Of a DNA stretch of 64,000 nt, positions 43,363-53,500 are shown piece by piece. Where the stretch lies: contig OZ287714.1 of the NCBI GenBank assembly GCA_965649825.1, positions 243,527-307,526 of the forward strand, written 5' to 3'. The position numbers and the translations under genes were made by a program. The notes under the pieces are model-generated. The model was not told the DNA's origin. It was given only the letters and a program-made list of their open reading frames with translations, and did no database searches. The DNA is from Penicillus capitatus. Taxonomy: Eukaryota; Plantae; Chlorophyta. How positions within the stretch are numbered: position 1 is the first letter of the stretch; every line of letters begins with the position of its first letter.

Positions 43363-44700
43363 TTATTTTTTTACGACTGTTGCTAGGTCGGCCTTCACTG
43401 CAACATTGGTTGCACTCAGATTTGGTTCCTGTGTCACCGGAACTTTAAAATCCAGCTCAACACCCTTTTCAAAGACCAAACAGTGTGTCGAACCCCCAAA
43501 ATGAAACATTCCAATGTCATCTCCCCTCTTAACCACTTGACCTGCCACGACTGTAATTTCGCAGCTCGATACCTCTGCCATTCCCACTGTCACCATGGCA
43601 ATCAAACCAATAGCAGGATTATCTGCACGAATAAAAATAATGCCCCGTGTTGCCACAGATGTAATAAATGGTTGAGATTCATTTGGTGCTGCCGGATCAG
43701 GACTGTCGCTGTAAACACTCTCCGACGGACTTTGAAGATAGAAAGTTCCGTCAACGATCGAAGTTTTCTCAATAACCCCATCCACTGGACTGTGCCAGCA
43801 GTGATAGCTTAAAGCACTCAAATATGCTTGATATACTATACCGCCAGCAAATTGAAGAGCAAGGGAATCATCATTAAGCATATCCCTCAGTGAATACGGC
43901 TGACCCTTCAAGATTATGTCAGCAGACAGCCGCACACCTGTCTTGTACTGCAATGGTGCCGATTCACAAGCATTGACTATTTCTGCTTCACCAACTGGCC
44001 GTTGGCCTTCTCTAAACTTCCTTATGAAGAAGTCATCCCAGCTATTAAAACCGAGATACTTATCGTTCTCATCTGGCACTTCAAAGATTTGTTCGAATGT
44101 CAAATCGGGCTTGTTATCGAATGGCTGCAGTGCCACCTCGACCATCTGCTGTTTGGCAGGATCACTAAACCAAGGAATAGAATGCACAGGTCCAGAATTA
44201 TCACCTTCAGCAAGTACATATCTCGATTTCTCTCCGGCCAAAAAAGCACTCCAGTACTGCAAGACATCCTTGAAGTATCTGTTAAATTTGACATTTGCAA
44301 ACGTGTAGTAACCAGATGATGTTCCCATGGGCCAGTCTAACAGTGCATTGATTGGGAAACCGACCAAACCTTGCGCCTCATTATCATCTGCGTCCACGAT
44401 GAACTCCGGAGCGGTGGTCATAATCGCGTTCAGCAGATCCAAAAATTCCTTCCATGTCTTTACGGCTGGCGCCGAGGTCGGATCTTCTTTGTCATGGTTC
44501 AGGGCTTCGACGAACATGCCTTGCGTCGAAATGTCTAACAGTGGATCGTTGGCGACCATGTTGTATAACATTCGAACAGGAAAGTGATACTCTGACACTT
44601 CAGTGACCGTAGCCCTCTCTTTAAGCTTCGAAATCCATTTCTCTAGTAGCGTTTGATTTTTCAACCAGCTGCCCGGTCGTTTTTTGGAACAGCAAAACAT
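43363..44700 (-). CDS. Phosphatidylserine-decarboxylase-related (PSDC N-domain, PsiD-like) pyruvoyl-dependent decarboxylase, intronless
   Basis: 445-aa single ORF: RPGSWL..LLEKWI, QGMF, GLVGFPINALLDWPMGT, FNSWDDFFIRKFREGQRP, VNACES, KGQPYSL, YQAYLSALSYHCWHSPVDG, GMAEVSSC, GMFHFGG-STHCLVF (self-cleavage/pyruvoyl site). This pattern is characteristic of the fungal/bacterial PsiD-like PSD subfamily. Confidence 0.88.
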   Translation of the reverse strand: MFCCSKKRPGSWLKNQTLLEKWISKLKERATVTEVSEYHFPVRMLYNMVANDPLLDISTQGMFVEALNHDKEDPTSAPAVKTWKEFLDLLNAIMTTAPEFIVDADDNEAQGLVGFPINALLDWPMGTSSGYYTFANVKFNRYFKDVLQYWSAFLAGEKSRYVLAEGDNSGPVHSIPWFSDPAKQQMVEVALQPFDNKPDLTFEQIFEVPDENDKYLGFNSWDDFFIRKFREGQRPVGEAEIVNACESAPLQYKTGVRLSADIILKGQPYSLRDMLNDDSLALQFAGGIVYQAYLSALSYHCWHSPVDGVIEKTSIVDGTFYLQSPSESVYSDSPDPAAPNESQPFITSVATRGIIFIRADNPAIGLIAMVTVGMAEVSSCEITVVAGQVVKRGDDIGMFHFGGSTHCLVFEKGVELDFKVPVTQEPNLSATNVAVKADLATVVKK

Positions 44701-46535
44701 GTCGCGCCAAACGTTTCTCGGAGATTAAGAAAAGCGATGGACTTAAAAACACTCGTCGAGAACAAAAGAGAATTGCGTCGGCGCTCCGACCAGGATGCCT
44801 CGGGAAGCGAAATTTGCACAAAGCATCCATGCCAGACGATTTTTATATTCTGGCCTGATGTGACTGAACCTCCGTCGTCAACAAAGATCCGCGATCGAAA
44901 ATGAAGGATCTGCTTGTTTTGACAACGGCGGTTGACCGCCGACGAAGACGCGTTTTGAAGGACGATTACCATCTTCTATATCCCGAGGCGTATGTTTCTG
45001 ACTAGAACTCGTATGGCGACATGCAAGTGTTAATTCTCTTTATTGGTAAGCAGCGCATCGCAGAGAAGGAGAGAGAAGAGTTGTTCGTAAGATCTAACCT
45101 GTCGAGGCAGTCATCTCACACCTCTGAAGCTTGATATCACATTACTTCAAGGTCATAGCCGCGTTCCGTGGCAGTCACAGGCTCATTCTTCCTCAATTCC
45201 ATTCCCCGGCACTGCCTAGTTGAAAGTGTTGGGACAAAAGGATCCTTGCAGAATGGGAGAATCTGTTGAAACTAACTGACACATCTCTTATTCTGGCATT
45301 CGTGCAATGTATTTTCGTCATTAGAGTCCATTTGCTTTCCGGATGATGATGATCTGTCAACGCAAATTGAGCTATAGAATTCCTTTTATGAAAACGGACT
45401 CTCATCGCATTCGATTCGGAAATGTGCAACGTTCTTTCAAAGAGAGGGTATTGTTCCTTCAGGAAATGGCGATCATTAATTCAAAAACGGATTGCCTTGT
45501 GGGAGCTGTAGATGGTTGGACATCCAGAAGTGTCTCGTGACGCGAACGCGCTTCGACAATAGAAAACTCCGATGAATCAGTTTCAATACCGGATGTTTGT
45601 CGCTTATGAGCATGATGCATATGCAGTCAGTCAGGTGTAGAAATATCCATTGACGCAAGTGTCATTTACTAATATGCTGTAATGGCAGTCAGAATTGCAC
45701 TAGAGTAATTATTGTAGGCGAAGGCACCAACCATCGTTAGAAATCTATTTCACATATGGATCTTTTTGTCCTGTGAAACACTAGGAAACGCCATTTTCAC
45801 AAAAGGGTTGATGCAATAAGTTAGCAATTGTGAGAGACGACAATGCATGGTACGATGTATTTTGTTCTCGCAGAACTATTGTTGCAACCAGTCAGGACAG
45901 GTGGTCCAGTTGAACGATACTGTTCTAGTCCACCTACGACGCGTCAGAACTGCAGCACGAGGACCGTTTTTTTACAAACGAGTGAAACTTTTCCTGTCTG
46001 CGATATATAAATCTACTGTTGAGGACGACTTCTTCCTTGTTACATCTTTCTTCGCCGATGAGAGCATTTACACATATAGATCATAAAGTTGTTGATCCTA
46101 GTGAACTGTGCACAGCGGCCAAATGACATGCAAAGACATCATCGCAGCCAAATTCCGCAACAGTGAGTTTTTATGAGCATCCCTTCGAAGTGCTCGTCAA
46201 CAGTGTTTCTAGAAGTGTGTGTTCGCATAGCTGAGCAGCTTGTATGCTCTGTGCGCACGCACTTTTCACTTGCACGTCAAAGAATTCGTCTTGTGTAGGT
46301 ACTCGATGTCGAATGACAATATCTCGGCGACGGGAAGCCCCGTACGGAACGATGTAATGAGTGCCAACAGCAGTGAAGTTGCTGCTGTCGGCTTAGCATC
46401 TGATAACGTATACCTACAAAGACTAGTGATTGATTCACTAAGTTATGTTTTGTAGGGAAACGGAGTTTAAACAAGAACTCTAGAAAGTATGGCCATAGCC
46501 ATAACACTGTCATGCACCTGAAGGGCAGGATGGAA

Positions 46536-46582
46536 ATGACGGGAAGCATGACGAGATCATGACGTCATGCTCAGATATAAAA
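46536..46582 (+). promoter_or_regulatory. Three ATGACG motifs, the palindrome CATGACGTCATG and TATAAAA: candidate Pol II promoter
   Basis: ATGACG at 46536, 46548 and 46559; a 12-bp perfect palindrome at 46558-46569; TATAAAA at 46576-46582. It lies ~130 bp upstream of the interrupted ORF starting at 46709. Confidence 0.35.
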
Positions 46583-46708
46583 CGGGGGAATGAAGGAAAC
46601 TAACGCTTTGTTTTCAAGAATCGTTTCTCTGTTTCCTACGAACGGACTCACGTACCCGCGAAGCGAATCGCAGCCTTATAATTCCAGGTCTACATAACAA
46701 CACAAAGA

Positions 46709-47530
46709 ATGGAAAGCAATCTAAAGAAAGCAGAAGAATGTTTATGTGCGCAACAAGAAAGAGATCGCGTCGAGATCCAAGGACTACTCTAGCAGATGAA
46801 AAATGTAATGACAGAATCGAAGCCAAACAAAGCAATACCTGAGCGTGGTGACGTTGAGAAAGCATCAGAAGAAACGAAACAACCGAAGAAGATGGACACC
46901 ATTGATCTTTTATCGCCTTCACCTCGCATTACATATAATTTTAACACTGAAACGCCGACCAAACTCGACCTGGCAAGGACTCCCTCGGTCAATTTGCAAA
47001 CAACGCCGATCATTCGTCGGAATACTAATTATGCCTTAAAGCACGCCTTCACTATCTGCCCTTTCTCAGCAACGCCGCGCTTGCCAATGTCTTGGAAAAG
47101 ACCTGCCAGATTGATCCAAATACTCTGTCCCGAGGCGCACGCAAGGAATCAATCTGTTTGCGCTTACGCTGATAAGAAACACCTAAGCTTAATTGATAAA
47201 GATTGGCAATAAAGCCTGAGTCAAACGTCGTCGGAGCACGAGAAGACAGCGAACCTTAAAGAAATAACTTTAGCTCCGCCATTCAAAAATAAAGAAGCTT
47301 TGAAGCGCAAAACGCCCGTAGAAGAGGGTGGTGCGACTCAAGAAACCTGGAATGCACATCCGACACGCAGCAACCCTCGATGTTGCGCCCAACGATGCCA
47401 CCAGTTGCAAAAACTAAGCTTTCAAAAGAAGGCTTGCCTATAATCCTCCAGCAAATTAATAAATCGACTAGAAAAAACGATACGCTACAGACTCAATTAG
47501 TGGGCCTCCTTCAGAACCTACTTACTGTCT
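46709..47530 (+). pseudogene. Decayed ORF (possible transposon gag-like or gene relic) abutting the satellite
   Basis: MESNLKKAEECLCAQQERDRVEIQGLL*(TAG 46790)QMKNVMTESKPNK... continues in frame into ORF 46796-47212. Further protein-like stretches in a shifted frame (HYLPFLSNAALANVLEKTCQIDPNTLSRGARKE...) are broken by stops. Confidence 0.35.
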
Positions 47531-47554
47531 AAAGTCCAACCACAGAAGATACTC

Positions 47555-50500
47555 CTAAAAAGACTTTTGCGCAGTCACGGTGTCCAATGGCTCGTCTGAG
47601 CAAACCTGCATGCTATCTAGGTGCTCCTCAACAACCTTGAGACCTTGGGCAGAGATAGACGTACTCTGGCCGCTCGGTGGTGGTGCGCCGAACGCGACCC
47701 TTGAAAATGGGACGTCATCCTCGACCACCAAGACGGCGGCGAACGCCCCGTCCGAGCGACCCTGCGCGTTGGCACCGTGGTGCCCCACGTCCCCGTGGCG
47801 AGAGAATCCAGCTAAGCCGGCTAGATCGTGGTGATCCGGACCCGCGGCTCGATTACGGTTGGATTTTTCCGAGACCCCTTGCGCACGGCAACGGCGTCCA
47901 ATGTCTCGCGTGAGTGTTCCTGCATGCTAGTTAGGTACATCCCTACGCCCTTGTACACAGAAAGCCGAACTCCGGGGGCTCGGTGGTGGTGCGCCGAACG
48001 CGACCCCGAAAAATGGGACTTCATCCTCGACCACCAAGACGGCGGCGAACGCCCCGTCCGAGCGACCCTGCACGTTGGCACCGTGGTGCCCCACTCCCCG
48101 GTGGCGAGAGAATCCAGCTAAGCCGGCTAGATCGTGGTGATCCGGACCCGCGGCTCGGTTACGGTTGGATTTTTTCGAGACCCCTTGCGCACGGCAACGG
48201 CGACCAATGTCTCGGGTGAGTGTTCCTGCATGCTAGTTAGGTACATCCCTACGCCCTTGTACACAGAAAGCCGAACTCCGGGGGCTCGGTGGTGGTGCGC
48301 CGATCGCGACCCCGAAAAATGGGACTTCATCCTCGACCACCAAGACGGCGGCGAACGCCCCGTCCGAGCGACCCTGCACGTTGGCACCGTGGTGCCACAC
48401 GCCCCCGTGGCGAGAGAATCAAGCGAAGCCGGCTAGATCGTGGTGATCCGGACCCGCGGCTCGGTTACACTTGTGTTTTTCCGAGACCCCTTGCGCACGG
48501 CAACGGCGACCAATGTCTCGCGTGAGTGTTCCTGCATGCTAGTTAGGTACATCCCTACGCCCTTAAGCAGAGATGGCCGCACTCCGGGGGCTCGGCGGTG
48601 GTGCGCCGAACGCGACCCTTGAAAATGGGACGTCATCCTCGACCACCAAGACGGCAGCGAACGCCCCGTCCGAGCGACCCTGCGCGTTGGCACCGTGGTG
48701 CCCCACGCCCCCGTGGCGAGAGAATCCAGCGAAGCCGGCTAGATCGTGGTGATCCGGACCCGCGGCTCGGTTACACTTGTGTTTTTCCGAGACCCCTTGC
48801 GCACGGCAACGGCGACCAATGTCTCGCGTGAGTGTTCCTGCATGCTAGTTAGGTACATCCCTACGCCCTTGTACAAAGAATGCCGCACTCCGGGGGCTCG
48901 GCGGTGGTGCGCCGATCGCGACCCTTGAAAATGGGACTTCATCCTCGACCACCAAGACGGCGGCGAACGCCCCGTCCGAGCGACCCTGCGCGTTGGCACC
49001 GTGGTGCCACACGCCCCCGTGGCGAGAGAATCCAGCGAAGCCGGCTAGATCGTGGTGATCCGGACCCGCGGCTCGGTTACGGTTGGATTTTTTCGAGACC
49101 CCTTGCGCACCCCACCGGCGTCCAATGTCTCGGGTGAGTGTTCCTGCACGCTAGTTAGGTACATCCCCACGCCCTTGTACAAAGAATGCCGCACTCCGGG
49201 GGCTCGGCGGTGGTGCGCCGATCGCGACCCTTGAAAATGGGACTTCATCCTCGACCACCAAGACGGCGGCGAACGCCCCGTCCGAGCGACCCTGCGCGTT
49301 GGCACCGTGGTGCCACACGCCCCCGTGGCGAGAGAATCCAGCGAAGCCGGCTAGATCGTGGTGATCCGGACCCGCGGCTCGGTTACGGTTGGATTTTTTC
49401 GAGACCCCTTGCGCACCCCACCGGCGTCCAATGTCTCGGGTGAGTGTTCCTGCACGCTAGTTAGGTACATCCCCACGCCCTTGTACAAAGAATGCCGCAC
49501 TCCGGGGGCTCGGCGGTGGTGCGCCGAGCGCGACCCTTGAAAATGGGACTTCATCCTCGACCACCAAGACGGCGGCGAACGCCCCGTCCGAGCGACCCTG
49601 CGCGTTGGCACCGTGGTGCCACACGCCCCCGTGGCGAGAGAATCAAGCGAAGCCGGCTAGATCGTGGTGATCCGGACCCGCGGCTCGGTTACACTTGTGT
49701 TTTTTCGAGACCCCTTGCGCACCCCACCGGCGTCCAATGTCTCGGGTGAGTGTTCCTGCACGCTAGTTAGGTACATCCCCACGCCCTTGTACAAAGAATG
49801 CCGCACTCCGGGGGCTCGGCGGTGGTGCGCCGATCGCGACCCTTGAAAATGGGACTTCATCCTCGACCACCAAGACGGCGGCGAACGCCCCGTCCGAGCG
49901 ACCCTGCGCGTTGGCACCGTGGTGCCACACGCCCCCGTGGCGAGAGAATCCAGCGAAGCCGGCTAGATCGTGGTGATCCGGACCCGCGGCTCGGTTACGG
50001 TTGGATTTTTTCGAGACCCCTTGCGCACCCCACCGGCGTCCAATGTCTCGGGTGAGTGTTCCTGCACGCTAGTTAGGTACATCCCCACGCCCTTGTACAA
50101 AGAATGCCGCACTCCGGGGGCTCGGCGGTGGTGCGCCGATCGCGACCCTTGAAAATGGGACTTCATCCTCGACCACCAAGACGGCGGCGAACGCCCCGTC
50201 CGAGCGACACTGCGCGTTGGCACCGTGGTGCCCCACGCCCCCGTGGCGAGAGAATCAAGCGAAGCCGGCTAGATCGTGGTGATCCGGACCCGCGGCTCGG
50301 TTACGGTTGGATTTTTTCGAGACCCCTTGCGCACCCCACCGGCGTCCAATGTCTCGGGTGAGTGTTCCTGCACGCTAGTTAGGTACATCCCCACGCCCTT
50401 GTACAAAGAATGCCGCACTCCGGGGGCTCGGCGGTGGTGCGCCGAACGCGACCCCGAAAAATGGGACTTCATCCTCGACCACCAAGACGGCGGCGAACGC

Positions 50501-53500
50501 CCCGTCCGAGCGACCCTGCGCGTTGGCACCGTGGTGCCACACGCCCCCGTGGCGAGAGAATCAAGCGAAGCCGGCTAGATCGTGGTGATCCGGACCCGCG
50601 GCTCGGTTACGGTTGGATTATTTCGAGACCCCTTGCGCACCCCACCGGCGTCCAATGTCTCGGGTGAGTGTTCCTGCATGCTAGTTAGGTACATCCCTAC
50701 GCCCTTGTACAAAGAATGCCGCACTCCGGGGGCTCGGCGGTGGTGCGCCGATCGCGACCCTTGAAAATGGGACTTCATCCTCGACCACCAAGACGGCGGC
50801 GAACGCCCCGTCCGAGCGACACTGCGCGTTGGCACCGTGGTGCCCCACGCCCCCGTGGCGAGAGAATCCAGCGAAGCCGGCTAGATCGTGGTGATCCGGA
50901 CCCGCGGCTCGGTTACGGTTGGATTTTTTCGAGACCCCTTGCGCACCCCACCGGCGTCCAATGTCTCGGGTGAGTGTTCCTGCACGCTAGTTAGGTACAT
51001 CCCCACGCCCTTGTACAAAGAATGCCGCACTCCGGGGGCTCGGTGGTGGTGCGCCGATCGCGACCCTTGAAAATGGGACTTCATCCTCGACCACCAAGAC
51101 GGCGGCGAACGCCCCGTCCGAGCGACACTGCGCGTTGGCACCGTGGTGCCACACGCCCCCGTGGCGAGAGAATCAAGCGAAGCCGGCTAGATCGTGGTGA
51201 TCCGGACCCGCGGCTCGGTTACGGTTGGATTTTTTCGAGACCCCTTGCGCACCCCACCGGCGTCCAATGTCTCGGGTGAGTGTTCCTGCACGCTAGTTAG
51301 GTACATCCCCACGCCCTTGTACAAAGAATGCCGCACTCCGGGGGCTCGGCGGTGGTGCGCCGAACGCGACCCCGAAAAATGGGACGTCATCCTCGACCAC
51401 CAAGACGGCGGCGAACGCCCCGTCCGAGCGACACTGCGCGTTGGCACCGTGGTGCCACACGCCCCCGTGGCGAGAGAATCCAGCGAAGCCGGCTAGATCG
51501 TGGTGATCCGGACCCGCGGCTCGGTTACGGTTGGATTTTTTCGAGACCCCTTGCGCACCCCACCGGCGTCCAATGTCTCGGGTGAGTGTTCCTGCACGCT
51601 AGTTAGGTACATCCCCACGCCCTTGTACAAAGAATGCCGCACTCCGGGGGCTCGGCGGTGGTGCGCCGAACGCGACCCCGAAAAATGGGACGTCATCCTC
51701 GACCACCAAGACGGCGGCGAACGCCCCGTCCGAGCGACACTGCGCGTTGGCACCGTGGTGCCACACGCCCCCGTGGCGAGAGAATCAAGCGAAGCCGGCT
51801 AGATCGTGGTGATCCGGACCCGCGGCTCGGTTACGGTTGGATTTTTTCGAGACCCCTTGCGCACCCCACCGGCGTCCAATGTCTCGGGTGAGTGTTCCTG
51901 CACGCTAGTTAGGTACATCCCCACGCCCTTGTACAAAGAATGCCGCACTCCGGGGGCTCGGCGGTGGTGCGCCGATCGCGACCCTTGAAAATGGGACTTC
52001 ATCCTCGACCACCAAGACGGCGGCGAACGCCCCGTCCGAGCGACCCTGCGCGTTGGCACCGTGGTGCCACACGCCCCCGTGGCGAGAGAATCAAGCGAAG
52101 CCGGCTAGATCGTGGTGATCCGGACCCGCGGCTCGGTTACACTTGTGTTTTTTCGAGACCCCTTGCGCACCCCACCGGCGTCCAATGTCTCGGGTGAGTG
52201 TTCCTGCACGCTAGTTAGGTACATCCCCACGCCCTTGTACAAAGAATGCCGCACTCCGGGGGCTCGGCGGTGGTGCGCCGATCGCGACCCTTGAAAATGG
52301 GACTTCATCCTCGACCACCAAGACGGCGGCGAACGCCCCGTCCGAGCGACCCTGCGCGTTGGCACCGTGGTGCCACACGCCCCCGTGGCGAGAGAATCAA
52401 GCGAAGCCGGCTAGATCGTGGTGATCCGGACCCGCGGCTCGGTTACGGTTGGATTTTTTCGAGACCCCTTGCGCACCCCACCGGCGTCCAATGTCTCGGG
52501 TGAGTGTTCCTGCACGCTAGTTAGGTACATCCCCACGCCCTTGTACAAAGAATGCCGCACTCCGGGGGCTCGGCGGTGGTGCGCCGAACGCGACCCTTGA
52601 AAATGGGACTTCATCCTCGACCACCAAGACGGCGGCGAACGCCCCGTCCGAGCGACCCTGCACGTTGGCACCGTGGTGCCCCACGCCCCGGTGGCGAGAG
52701 AATCCAGCTAAGCCGGCTAGATCGTGGTGATCCGGACCCGCGGCTCGGTTACGGTTGGATTTTTTCGAGACCCCTTGCGCACCCCACCGGCGTCCAATGT
52801 CTCGGGTGAGTGTTCCTGCATGCTAGTTAGGTACATCCCTACGCCCTTGTACAAAGAATGCCGCACTCCGGGGGCTCGGCGGTGGTGCGCCGATCGCGAC
52901 CCTTGAAAATGGGACTTCATCCTCGACCACCAAGACGGCGGCGAACGCCCCGTCCGAGCGACACTGCGCGTTGGCACCGTGGTGCCCCACGCCCCCGTGG
53001 CGAGAGAATCCAGCGAAGCCGGCTAGATCGTGGTGATCCGGACCCGCGGCTCGGTTACGGTTGGATTTTTTCGAGACCCCTTGCGCACCCCACCGGCGTC
53101 CAATGTCTCGGGTGAGTGTTCCTGCACGCTAGTTAGGTACATCCCCACGCCCTTGTACAAAGAATGCCGCACTCCGGGGGCTCGGCGGTGGTGCGCCGAA
53201 CGCGACCCCGAAAAATGGGACGTCATCCTCGACCACCAAGACGGCGGCGAACGCCCCGTCCGAGCGACCCTGCACGTTGGCACCGTGGTGCCACACGCCC
53301 CCGTGGCGAGAGAATCAAGCGAAGCCGGCTAGATCGTGGTGATCCGGACCCGCGGCTCGGTTACGGTTGGATTTTTTCGAGACCCCTTGCGCACCCCACC
53401 GGCGTCCAATGTCTCGGGTGAGTGTTCCTGCACGCTAGTTAGGTACATCCCCACGCCCTTGTACAAAGAATGCCGCACTCCGGGGGCTCGGCGGTGGTGC

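Noticed and set aside
43363-44700. Bacterial contamination or chimeric contig around the decarboxylase
   Set aside because: There are no neighbouring bacterial genes or operon structure, and the flanks grade into eukaryotic genes and the satellite. It is not fully excluded without read data.
44800-46500. Short ORFs in the gene-poor buffer as genes or an intact transposon
   Set aside because: No recognisable domains, terminal repeats or target-site duplications were seen, and stops are frequent in all frames.
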